This document shows positions 36,051 to 47,013 of a stretch of DNA of 61,503 nt, piece after piece. Position numbers and translations under genes: made by a program. Origin of the DNA: Neophaeotheca triangularis (lineage: Eukaryota); contig BAAIJX010000034.1 in the NCBI GenBank assembly GCA_054600435.1, forward strand, positions 186,001 to 247,503, written 5' to 3'. The stretch's first letter is position 1. The number at the start of each line of letters is the position of its first letter. Below the pieces are notes generated by a model that worked only from the letters and a program-made list of their open reading frames with translations, was not told the DNA's origin and ran no database searches.

Positions 36051-39000
36051 ATGGCGCAAACAAGGCTACCCGCAATCACGTTGACCGATCCACAAAACGA
36101 AGACTCGGCGCCGAATCTGGCGCAGTCGCCTGTAAAAGAGGATGGAGGTGGCTATAGAGTTGCGACTAGCGCAGCCGGACGACCCGCGACGCCCGTCTCG
36201 ATGAGTGGGAGCAGCATGATGAGCGGTACGTTAGAATCGCAACAGCGCGATCGTGATGTTTGCGCACTTGCAAGGAATTCGCACACTGGTTGTGTTTGTG
36301 CGCAGAAATAAGAGGATGGATGGTACCAAGGACACTCGTTGACAATGGCGACTTCAGGCAGGCCCGACGATTCCTCCAATAGCGTGAGCTCGCCTCTGCG
36401 ACAAGAGAGGTCGTCCCAGAATGCTTCCTCTTTTGCAGCAAACGGTGGAGGCGGCGGCAAGATGGACGGCCAGTTGCAAATGGACCCGCTGACACAAGTA
36501 GGTAGGCTGCGCAATAGACGTACACCGTTTCTAGAAGCTGACGACAACACATAGCAAATCTTTAATCGCACCAGCCAGCCCCAAGGTTCGCTCGCAGCAG
36601 GTCAGCGACCTGCCACACCAGACAGCGCAACGAATCACGATGAGCGGGCGTCGAAAGACAAGAACCCCGCGCCGCCAGTGCAGACACCCAGCCGTAGCGA
36701 AACCCACCGCGCCGATGGCACAGATCCCATCACGGCGCAAAAGGATCTCAAAAAGGGCGTCAAGGCGGTTTCTTTCCTCAGTCGGCTGATGGGCAACAAA
36801 AAACAGCATCGCGAGCAGGCTGAGCAGCCCCCCTCTGTCGAAGAGGAATCCGCTCTCAGCGATCATCGCCCCGAAGGCAATGATGCCCAAGTGTTCGCGC
36901 ATTCTGTCGACAACATGGGCTACAACCCGCGACATCCGCAACCGCCTGCGTACATCAAGGTGCGCACGAAGAACAAAATCCGGCCGGACTTCGATCGCTT
37001 GTTCTTGGCGCAGGAGTTGGGTGGTCCCGGTAACGGGGGAAAGGAGAGCTTCAGCAAGCCGGAGAGGAGAGATAGTAGTGCCAACAAACTCCGGCGGAAG
37101 AGCAGTTTGCCAAACACAGACACTCGCACCGTGTGGGCGATGGAGTTTAGCAAAGATGGCAAGTATCTGGCCTCGGCAGGAGGAGATGGAGTTCTCAGAG
37201 TTTGGGCCGTATTGTCCACACCTGAGGACAGGCAGAAGCACGAGTCGCTGGAGGCGCGGGAGACGACAAACGGGCAAGACACAGAGCGTTTGAATGCGCC
37301 TGTCTTCCAGTCGGCGCCTTGGAGGGAGTTCGCGGGACATACCTCGACTATACTGGATGTGAGCTGGAGCAAGAACAACTTTTTGCTTTCCAGCTCCATG
37401 GATAAGACTGTGCGGTTGTGGCATGTGACGCGCCCGGAGTGTCTACTGACGTTCAAGCATAACGACTATGTACCTTCGATCGCATTTCATCCCAAGGACG
37501 ACCGTTTCTTTCTAGCCGGCTCCCTCGACTCGAAACTCAGACTCTGGAGTATCCCGGAGAAATCCGTGGCCTTTTCGACTCAGCTGCCGGATATGATCAC
37601 GGCAGTCGCTTTCACGCCTGATGGGAAGTCGATAGTAGCGGGCTGCTTGAGTGGATTGTGTATGTTTTACGAAACCGAGGGCTTGAGATATCAGACGCAG
37701 ATCCATGTTCGTTCGACGCGAGGGCAGAATGCAAAGGGGTCCAAGATAACGGGAATACATGCTTACAACGATTCTGTCACCGGCGATGTGAAGCTCCTCG
37801 TCACGAGCAACGATTCTCGCATACGAGTTTACAACTTTCGCGACAAGAGCCTCGAGCTTAAGCTGAGAGGGAACTTAAATACTTCTTCGCAGATCCGCGC
37901 TACTCTCAGCGATGATGGACGATATATTGCTTGTGGTAGCGAGGACCATAGGACTCACATCTGGTCGCCCTTTGAGCCGACTCTCGCGCCCGCAACCGAC
38001 GGCCGAGAGAAGAAGCCTATGGAGTGTTTCGAGACTAGCGACACCATCGCAACAGCAGTTTGTTTCGCACCTACCAAGACGAAGCTCTGCCTAAGCCGAG
38101 CAGATGATCCTCTATATGACCTCTGCAACCCTCCCCCAGTGACTCTACGCAGTAGAGCCGAGCGCGCCGAGTCCCGAGCCAGTTCCTCTAAGCCCCCAAC
38201 GGAGAATGGCAGCGTTCTACATACCCCCGCAGACTCGGAGTTCAAAGTCCCGGCTCGACCAAACCGCGCAGCAGCGCGCGAAGAGGAAATCTCAGCAACA
38301 TGGGTTCAACGTGCCGCCCACCGCAACGGCAACATCATCGTCACAGCCGACTACAATGGCCTAATCAAGGTCTTCCGCCAAGATTGCGCGTGGTCAAAAC
38401 GCCGACTCGATACCGACGACCGCGCAAGTAGTATCTTCTCCAAACGCGGTGGGGGCTCTACCAAAGCGAACGGCCGACCCGGCAGCCTGGCGACAAAGAA
38501 TAGCTCCCGCAGTCTCCACGAGCGCGAAGGTCGAGCAAGCACTTCCACCCAACCGCCTAGCGAACGCATCATGACCTGGCGTCAGGGCGTCGCAAGCACT
38601 CCTAGCGTCGCTGAAACCGGCGCAGAGGGTGGTACCAAAGCTAGCAGCCGCAGCATCTCGCCCCGCAAATCTCTCGGCGCGCTGAGTAAAACTGACGCCT
38701 CCAGCCTCCGTAACCAAGTTCCAGCATCATCTACAGCAGGGACCGAGCACCACACCCCGGCCCAAAACCCCGCCAACACCAATAGCGAGCCCAAGCAGCA
38801 ACAACAGCACCAGTCCCAACCACCTCAAGATCCCCAAGAAAATTACGGTGCTTTCCGCACCGAGCCCGAAGACTCCAACCCCCTAATGATGCATGGCGGC
38901 GCCAGCTATCTTTACTGGAACACGCAGGAGTGGAAGCAGCGGCAAGCGCAATTCGAGGAGCAGAAACATCCCGCGCCTTTACGACCGCCCGGCCCCAATT

Positions 39001-39215
39001 CTGGCGCGAGTTCGTACGCCGCTACGGAGTTGTCGCAGTTGTCTCTTGAGCGCGCTGCCAAGGAGAAAGGGGCTCTGGGCAGGGGTGACAGTTTTGCTAG
39101 TCGCCTGAGTGATGAGGTGAGGGACCGAGATGGAAGGGGTGATAGGGAGGAGGCGGGGGGTGGTGACAGTGGAAGTGAGGGTGAGGATCGATTCGAGGAG
39201 GCTAGAGAGAGGTGA
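36051..39215 (+). CDS. WD40 repeat protein of the WDR44 / yeast Dgr2-Laf1 family; exons 36051-36225, 36358-36497, 36555-39215
   Basis: DPLTQQIFNRT, FDRLFLAQEL, VWAMEFSKDGKYLASAG, GHTSTILDVSWSKNNFLLSSSMDKTVRLWH, FHPKDDRFFLAGSLDSKLRLWSI, LLVTSNDSRIRVY; canonical introns 36226-36357 and 36498-36554. Confidence 0.9.
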
Positions 39216-39798
39216 GTTGGTTTTCTAGGTAGGGGTCTGGCGTTCTTGGGAAGGTGGTTTGGGTTAAGGGTCCTGGATATGTGGGTACACGGGTTGGTTC
39301 AAGGCTCTTTCTTGTGGCATTCGTTGGCCGTGGTCGGGGCTGGAGGGTCACAGAACTGGGCGGGAGGCGAATTGCGTAGATCTGAAGTATCAAGACCTAT
39401 ACTGCTGTCATTCGACAGATATCCTGCGCTAGATGCAACGCTCGCCGTCCGTTGCGGCTTAACGCAAGACACGCTTTGTCAGTCTTTTACTCGTCTGCTT
39501 ATGCCGCGCAAGTTTGGCTAATTGTCATCCTAAAAGACGTCCCCTAGTCTGCTCTGCCCTTCCTTTTGATAGATCCTGAATTGTCTTCAATTCAAGTATG
39601 GTGTCGTTGTTGCTGACAAAGGGTTAGGGTTTGGTTTGGTCCTTGGATGCGCTACGCTAGCGGCTGGCTGCAGCGAGGGCGACGGCGAAATCTTGGCGAG
39701 AGGCTTTCGAACCTCCGAACTTTTTTGATCTTATCGCATAGCTTTTGTAGCTTGCACATTGCATTTGCCAACGGTTTCGATATCCACCAAACTGCACC

Positions 39799-41095
39799 AT
39801 GGCCAAAGGCAGCAAGCTCAAGTCTATGCTGGATAATTACAAAGGTGTAGACCACAAGCTTGAAAAACAGAGAAAGCAGGAAAAGGAAGCGGAGAAGCGC
39901 AAGCGCAGTCGCAAGCAGAGCGATGTCGATCTCGATGCTCTCGAGGCCGCAGTAGCTGGCGTGGAGAAAGGGGAGGCTGCTAAAGCCAAGGCGAACGGCG
40001 GAAAGCAGAAGAAGAAGGAAGCCGCTGCCGCAGAGGCCGCAGAGAAGCTTGCAAAGACCACGGACGGGGAAGCTGGAGGCTGGGAAACGGACGAAAGTAG
40101 TGATGCTGAAGAGGAAGATGGTGGTGTAGATTTCGAGGGCATAGACGACTCAGACTCGGATTCAGATGAAGAGCAGGACCTGCAAAACAGCTCCGACGAC
40201 GAAGAGGGCGAGGATGAGGACGACATACCGCTTTCGGATATTGAATCATTGGCCTCCGAAGACAAGGGCGATGTGATTCCTCACCAACGTCTCACAATCA
40301 ACAACACAGCTGCGCTCGAGCGATCTCTCAAGTCATTTGCTCTGCCCAAATCGCTACCCTTCTCTGCCACGCAAGCAGTCCTCGCGTCAGAGCCCACCAA
40401 GATCACCGACGCCGAAGACGACTTGAGCCGCGAATCCGCTTTCCTCGAGCAAGCACTCAATGCCGCCAAGGAGGCGCGGTCGAAGCTCAGCAGCGAGGGT
40501 GTGCCTTTCAGCCGACCAAACGATTACTTTGCCGAAATGGTCAAGTCAGAGGAACAGATGGGCAAGGTGCGGGCGAAGATGGTCGATGAGGCTGCGAGGA
40601 AGAAGGCGAGCTCAGACGCCAGGAGACAGAGGGATCTCAAGAAGTTTGGCAAGCAAGTGCAAGTCGCGAAGATGCAGGAGAGAGACAAGGCCAAGAGGGA
40701 GACGCTAGACAAGATTAACTTGTTGAAGAGGAGTAAGTTTTTTACCTACTTCAGCGCTGATCATGTTGCTTCTAGAGTAGTTTTGCTAATATATTCCAAC
40801 AGAACGACAAGGCGCCGACGTCGGCGCGGCAAACGAGAACGACATGTTCGACATTGGGCTCGAAGAGGAAACGGAGAAGCCCGGTGAGGACCGTCGTCGC
40901 GCTTCCAAGGGCGATCGCGAAGCCGGCGGCCGTAACAGCAAGCGTCAGAAGAAGGACGACAAGTTTGGCTTTGGTGGTAAGAAGCGGTTCGCAAAGAGCA
41001 ACGATGCGAAATCCGCGAGCGACATGCGTGGGTTTTCACAAAAGAAGATGAAGGGTAAGCCGAGGCCAGGGAAGAGCAAGAGGGCGAAGGCGTAG
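39799..41095 (+). CDS. EBP2: rRNA-processing protein Ebp2; exons 39799-40732, 40803-41095
   Basis: PHQRLTINNTAAL, DDLSRESAFLEQA, PFSRPNDYFAEMVKS, RDLKKFGKQVQV, KFGFGGKKR, RPGKSKR; GTAAGT..GCTAAT..CAG intron. Confidence 0.96.
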
Positions 41096-41221
41096 ATGTG
41101 TAAATGTATTCGCAAGGGGTTGGGAGTGTGACGGGTATGCTCGATCGCTGCTGGGTGAAAACTTCTTTTTTTCAGCGAGGCGTTTGTGCGAGGAATGGCC
41201 GATGGGCTTCTCAACTGCGTT

Positions 41222-41590
41222 ATGGGAGGTGTATATTGCTATTTGTATCCTTCATGACCCTGCCCCCTTTTCTGAGGAATCTTAACCTGATGTCGACGCT
41301 CGACTTCGCGGATTTGCGCTGCTTGATGTGTGACCTGGAGCGCTCTCCAAGAGATCGACCAAGCCATCAACTCCGACCCCTTGATCCGCTACTCCCTCTA
41401 CGCCCGCCACTGCCACCTTGCCAGCAGCATCGACCGCCGACACCTTGACTCTGGTCTCTTGCAGGAGACGCATGACCGCCTCATGATCACGATTCAAGCA
41501 CTCGATTCGGCGCCGGAGCTCAAAAATGTCGTGGCCGTTCTCGTAGCTTGTGCTATGTCCCTGAGCTACTCACTCACCCCTGTCATGGTC
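41222..41590 (+). pseudogene. Decayed copy 1 of the MGAWG/MYND-finger fungal family
   Basis: YSLYARHC..RRHLDSGLL..VVAVLVACAMSLSYSL aligns with the motifs of neighbouring copies (HSIYAP, HLENGV, VLAISAMSLGCKVP). Confidence 0.5.
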
Positions 41591-41714
41591 CCCGCCGGTA
41601 GCAAGAAAAAAAAAGAAAAAAAAAAAAGGGCAAAGGCAAAAAGAAACTCCCAATGGGAGAAGAAACCACTTAGCAGAACCTGCACCCGAAGGCTGGTTTG
41701 CTTTTGCCAAGTGT

Positions 41715-41822
41715 TATAGAGCTGGGATTCGAACCGCAGTCTTATCTATACCTGGAGAATCTAAGGGGAGTCAGCAAGAGGGGAAGGTCTGTGTGGTTAC
41801 CAGCCATTAGACCATTGTAATT
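41715..41822 (-). pseudogene. tRNA-derived relic (pseudo-tRNA or SINE head)
   Basis: On the minus strand: A-box TGGTCTAATGG (41814-41804), B-box GGTTCGAATCC (41735-41725) with partial T-stem, and long T-runs downstream (~41630-41605). No complete cloverleaf. Confidence 0.5.
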
Positions 41823-42289
41823 AATTCAAGTTTGTTGGGAGGGCGGGCTCATTCCTACGTAGTTGGTTTGCGACAGGTTCAATATATATAGTCTGAATAC
41901 TTCCTCCGTGTAGAAATCCATGGGAACGCCCCTAGCTCTTCAACAGTCTGGACATCCTATGGATACCTCATGCAGCGCGCCGGTCCCCATCTACAAGGAA
42001 GAAGAAAAACACCCTTCCCCGCGCACAAACGGAAGACAAAGGCCGCCTTCACTTCTAGGCTCACTGGAAAGTTCTATGGGCTTCTGGCTTCCAGTGCGTA
42101 ACCCTCCATCCACTCAGGCTTCCGAAGCTTGGACTTCTTCCAACCTTGAGTATAGGACACCTCACGCGCAAGACAGCTGTCTGCCCCTGTTTCCACTTTC
42201 CGACCTTCTTCTCTCTTCTTGCCTACCGGACTTGCACGGTACACACTTTCTTGCTGGGTCAGAGCTACAACTGAAAGGGTGAGACTTAC

Positions 42290-43584
42290 AGCGTCAACTT
42301 CATTCTCGGCTGTACCATGCCTGTCAAGATGCTCCAACAACACGCTACCACCAGACACATCGCCGAGCTCAAGGCACCTCAGCCAAGTAGATGCGTGCGG
42401 CACTGCCAGCCGCAGGCGAATCAATCTCTGCTCCATACTTTGTCGGCATTCCTTACAATTTTCGTTCGAAAACTTTGGACGAAGTTCTCAGCAAGGGAGG
42501 TAGCAAGGACGACTGCGAACTCCCGCCGAACAATGACAAGATATACAACATCGAGTTCTCCCAGCTCCCAAAGGGCGAGCGCCAGAGACGAAGCACCCGA
42601 TGACTGCCAAGGTCTGGTACACCCTCGAGAGATTTGGCAACATCAAGAATGACAAGGTGAGGGGCGATCGTCTTTTCGAAAGCGATGTCTTCTACGACCA
42701 GGTCAATCGACTGAGTGTTGAGCTCGAATCGCTGGAACTTCAGGACGAGCCCTTGGAAGGCAAGAGAACGGAACACTCAATCTATGCTCCGTTGAGCGCA
42801 GACTTGGACGGAGACCGCATGATACTCGAAGTCAGCCTCATGCCACTGCACAAGACGCTGATGGCTGCATTTAACTCCATCAACGAGCTTGGCTGGCCAC
42901 CAAAAAGCATGGCCTTCACCATTGTCGTGCTCGCCATTTCTGCAATGTCGCTAGGCTGCAAAGTGCCGGCTGCAATTCTCAAAGACTTCAAGGACATGGT
43001 CGCTGTAGTGGAACGCTACTGTGACGAGAAAAATATCAGCAACGCCGCCAAAGCGCAATTGTCTGACCTTCCGGAAGACCTACAGAGCTTTCAGGCTGGC
43101 CGCGTATACAACTTCAATGCCAAGCCTCACCCTCGAGCTCGCACGGGTACCTACGCTATCGATCCGGACGATACACCATTCCGCGACTCCTCGATGCCAA
43201 TTCACCTGCGCGTCCGTAGTGACATAAAACTCGCGGCGGAGCTCACGAAGGCCTTCGATTGGGATAAGAACGACGGTGGCATTGGTATTAACAAGCTGGT
43301 AGGCAGATTGGCAAGGCTCTTGGAGAAGACAATAAGCGAGCGACTTCTTGATGGCGTTCTTGAACGCGGCCGTCAAGTACCCAGGGTACGTCTGCAGTCA
43401 CTGCGGCGCAAAAGAGAAAGCGGGGAGGGAGGGGAAGGCCAGGGAAGGAGACGGCCAGGTTACGAGTCAAGCTCTCAAGGCATGTGCTCGGTACCAAAAG
43501 GCCAGATACTGCGGTACCGAGTGTCAAATGAAGCACTGGGAGTTCCACAGGGCTCTCTGCGTCAAGCCCAATAAAATGGCTTGA
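42290..43584 (+). pseudogene. Decayed copies 2 and 3 of the MGAWG/MYND family; copy 3 (42600-43584) ends in a frameshifted MYND zinc finger
   Basis: Copy 2: ILGCTMP..SAK*MRAAL..YNFRSKTLDEVL. Copy 3: RGDRLFESDVFYD..SAMSLGCKVP..AKAQL..YNF, then in another frame CSHCG..LKACARYQKARYCGTECQMKHWEFHRALC (MYND with one Cys replaced by Tyr). Confidence 0.7.
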
Positions 43585-43759
43585 AGGATCAGGTGAATTC
43601 CTGCGGGTCGAGCGAGTCTGCTGAGGGTAGCGAAGAGGCAATGGAGAAGGGTTTTAGTGACTCAAGGAAGATATTGTGAGCGCCGTCTCTGCGAAAAATG
43701 AGGATACTTTAGCATATCATAATCCAGTGCAGCTGTATCTCTTGCCTATAACTTTTTCG

Positions 43760-44430
43760 TCGTAGCCGCTCACCTTGGTAAAGGTTGGAGAAGGGTGAGC
43801 GCCAGATTTGAAACGAAGAGGTGTAATATGAACATACACTCAATCTCTCGATTAGCAATTCCGAATTGGTGGCAAAATCGACTCTATCTGGGGAGCCTGG
43901 CGGTGCCGAAATCGTCCACACGCATCTCGAGAATGGCGTTGGTGAGGAGTTGTACCACACGTACGCCCCTAAGGCTATGAATCCTACGACCATTGACGCA
44001 GTAGACAACTTCGACTATACGTACCCTGTCGCTCTGCTGATGGCGTGCGTGTTCTACCTCGGCTGCCGTACGCTAACACCGCACATGATGCAAAACTTGC
44101 TGGCATGTAGCCGGTTTGTCGGTCTGAGCGACGATGCGCGGGCTCAGATGGATATCGCGTTCACGTTTCTGCCTCGCACTGGCGGGGTTCAGGGCTGGTG
44201 AGGTCTACAATCTCGATTACAAGACCCTAGAGAAGGTACTGGCGGACGTCGCAGCAAGGATGACTTCACACCGCCGGCACCGAAACGAGACTGGCCCATC
44301 AATGCCTCGTCAGGTAGTCCCTCGACAAGGGCTATTCATGAGCGCGGCGTCGAGGATCACGAGCTCGTCGAAAGGGTGTGCTGCGTTCCAAGGGGCATTG
44401 GGGATACCTTGGGATATCATCTTTTCGTAA
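43760..44430 (+). pseudogene. Decayed copy 4 of the MGAWG/MYND family
   Basis: VHTHLENGVGEELY..YPVALLMACVFYLGCRTL..GLSDDARAQMDIAF, then frameshift to YNLDYKTLEKVL. Confidence 0.6.
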
Positions 44431-45007
44431 GCGACTGGTACTTCAAGAAGGTCAATCTTTGGGTGTCGAGCTCGGCTCGCAGAAGTTGTCAAAAGACGAA
44501 GTCTCCAACAGCAAAGAACCTCGCCGTTCCTATGTTTGCCAAGGTGGCAGTGTCGCATAAGCGCTCCGTACCTTCTTGCCTTCCTTCCTGGTGCATGTTG
44601 GTCCCGTCGGCACATTGCATTCGGACAGCTGCAAGTCTTCATCTTTCGCCAGCATAAGTGTCTGGCCGCACGTGATAACGTGACCGCGAATGCTAGCGCG
44701 GCTGACCACGTCTGCCTTAGTGACGTGCGTTATAAACTGCAACGACACCCGCCTAGGTACCTGGGTACCTTACTCTTTCCACCGACTTGTACGCCTGTAT
44801 CTTCCAACAGCTACATCTTCACATCTCCTTACCACCCTCTCTTCTCCTCTGCAGGCAAAGACTCCGAATACTGTATTCAAGTGCATAACAACGCTCCCAT
44901 ACCCTCACCATACCCACTAAAGCGAAGATCAACTCAACGTATGTGCCTCCTCTCTCATCACTATTTGCACCGCTAATCTTACGTAGCTTCACCACATCCT
45001 CGTCAAC

Positions 45008-45125
45008 ATGGGAGCCTGGGGTTTTGGACTGTTCCAGTCCGACAACGACTACGATTGCGTGAAAATATTCGATAAGGCAGCCGGCCTGGACAAGCTGGAA
45101 GAGGAGCAGTGCGGACCAAGCACCG
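45008..45125 (+). pseudogene. 5' stub (copy 5) of the MGAWG/MYND family
   Basis: MGAWGFGLFQSDNDYDCVKIFDKAAGLDKLEEE, then abrupt loss of similarity where the opposite-strand relic begins. Confidence 0.65.
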
Positions 45126-45129
45126 AGGA

Positions 45130-46089
45130 ACCCAAATCTCAGACGGGCCTCGCAATCATTCAAGTCAACGGCTGCCAGTACCAGGGCAGATTCAACGGCG
45201 GCCATGATGATGGCCCCCCCCGCTACACCGTGCCAGAACCTCTGACAACCCGCCTTTGAGTAGCCCGGCCTGGCTGATGACTCGGCAAAACCAACGTGAT
45301 CTCCAGCCGATCGAGTGGTGCGTCTTCGGGAAAGAATATGTCACTAGTGCGCCTGCCGTGGTCGGCATCCTCGACGGGGAGATTAAGGCGCTTGATGTCG
45401 GACAGAATGAGGTGAGGAACCGTCGGGCCCTTAATGCCTTTCCTGCGGCGTCTGCTATGGTCGGTCCGACATGCTATGTGCTCGGTCCATTGCGTGATAG
45501 CGCCAGCAATGGGGCTTCCCTGTTTCGCGTTGGCGGTGATTTGTACGAGGACATCGGGTGGCAAGTCTTTAGGCCGGGTACAAGCAGGTGGGCGGATAGA
45601 CTAGGGATTGTCGTCGAACCACCCCGGCCTCCAAGCTTCTTCCATCAATTGTATAGAGCTCTGCCTTTGACGCAGAGCGGATGCACCGATGACGAGGTTC
45701 GCCCGCACGACGTCGCTGCCAGCGTCGAGCTTTCGGATGAGGTCTTCGGCAGATTTCACGCTCGGATCAGGGTGACCTTTCCATAGTGCTTTGGCCTCCG
45801 TCAAGCGATGAGCGAGGGTGGCGAGAACGGCGACCTTCTCGGTTTTGCTCGCTAATTCTTGGAGCACCGCAGACGCAGCTTCGTGCGGTGGTATGCCACC
45901 GCCTGGCTCGACGAGGGAAGAGAAGATAGAGCGGTCGCGCTGATTTTGGAGAAAGTGACGGGAGAGTACGGATTGCACGTCGACCAAAGAGATACCGTCA
46001 GGAAACCCCGGTAGTCGGACGGTGCGAGGCCTCGGGTGCGCAGAGGTTCTCGAATGCGAGCATGTGATTTCGCCGCTAGCAAATACCAT
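45130..46089 (-). pseudogene. Unidentified gene with in-frame TAG stops
   Basis: ORF-track segments 45601-46284 and 45223-45564 share one frame, separated by a TAG at 45603-45601; a second TAG lies at 45225-45223. Reads as natural protein (PPHEAASAVLQEL..LWKGHPDPSVKSAEDLI). Confidence 0.55.
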
Positions 46090-47013
46090 TAACGCTTCGC
46101 TGCCCCTACCTGCTAAGTTGACGTGGCAGCGTGATTGCAGATTGAAAGAGGTCGCAGCATTAGATGGGAAATCGTAGCTGCGCATTAACGGGCGGTGTAT
46201 AGAGCTTGACGGCGCAATCACACTGCCGGTAATGCTAGTCGTTATAGCCATAAGTCGTCTCATTGTACAGACAAATGGGGGCAAACGAAGGGCGTCTTAA
46301 TAGACGGTCGATGCCCCAGCCTTTACAGCGCACAAGCTTGAGCGCGGATCATGAGAGCTTGTAGCTTTAGGCATAAGGTCGGTAGATCGATCGCTCTCGA
46401 TCGTGAGTGGTGACTCTGAGAGATCACTAACGAACGGGTCTGTGAGAAGAACGAGTCCGATATTAAAGCGGGATGAAGGACGTTCTGGCGGTCGCAGTGG
46501 TATATGTTGACTTCAGAGAGTCGAGACATAGGTTCCTGGAGAGATTGTTTGGCGACCATCCTTTGCTAGTGGACACTCTGGAAGCGATTCTGCCTAAGTT
46601 TGAATTCAGGGTCTTGATCTCTGCTGACGCGGAGCACAAGCTTGATCAACCGTGCGTTGGCACGACAACGGCGCGAGATTGGCTTTCTGCGCGGTGCGGT
46701 ACAGTTGTCGATCACGCTAAAGAGCGGAGAAGAGGTCATGACTACTAAGCGCACCCTGACTTGCACTGCTTAGCACAACTCGCAATTCTCCATGCCGCAA
46801 CCGAGCTACTTGCCCCTCTATCTAGGTTGGCCTATACCGTGACAGTGCGAAGTCGCCTTAGTGATGCTACATCTTCTGCCCTGGAAGCCGCAGGTCCTAG
46901 CATAGCGTCCTGACAGCTGGGGTGTACTGAGCAGGCATATCTAGTGCTTTTCTCATCGCGGTAACCCGTCCCGTCCAGTCCACTGCCACAGCAGGCGTTA
47001 GTGTCCTAGCACA

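Noticed and set aside
46330..46760. Short ORF 46473-46748 as a Spok partner gene
   Set aside because: 91 aa with no recognisable motif; cannot be supported from sequence alone
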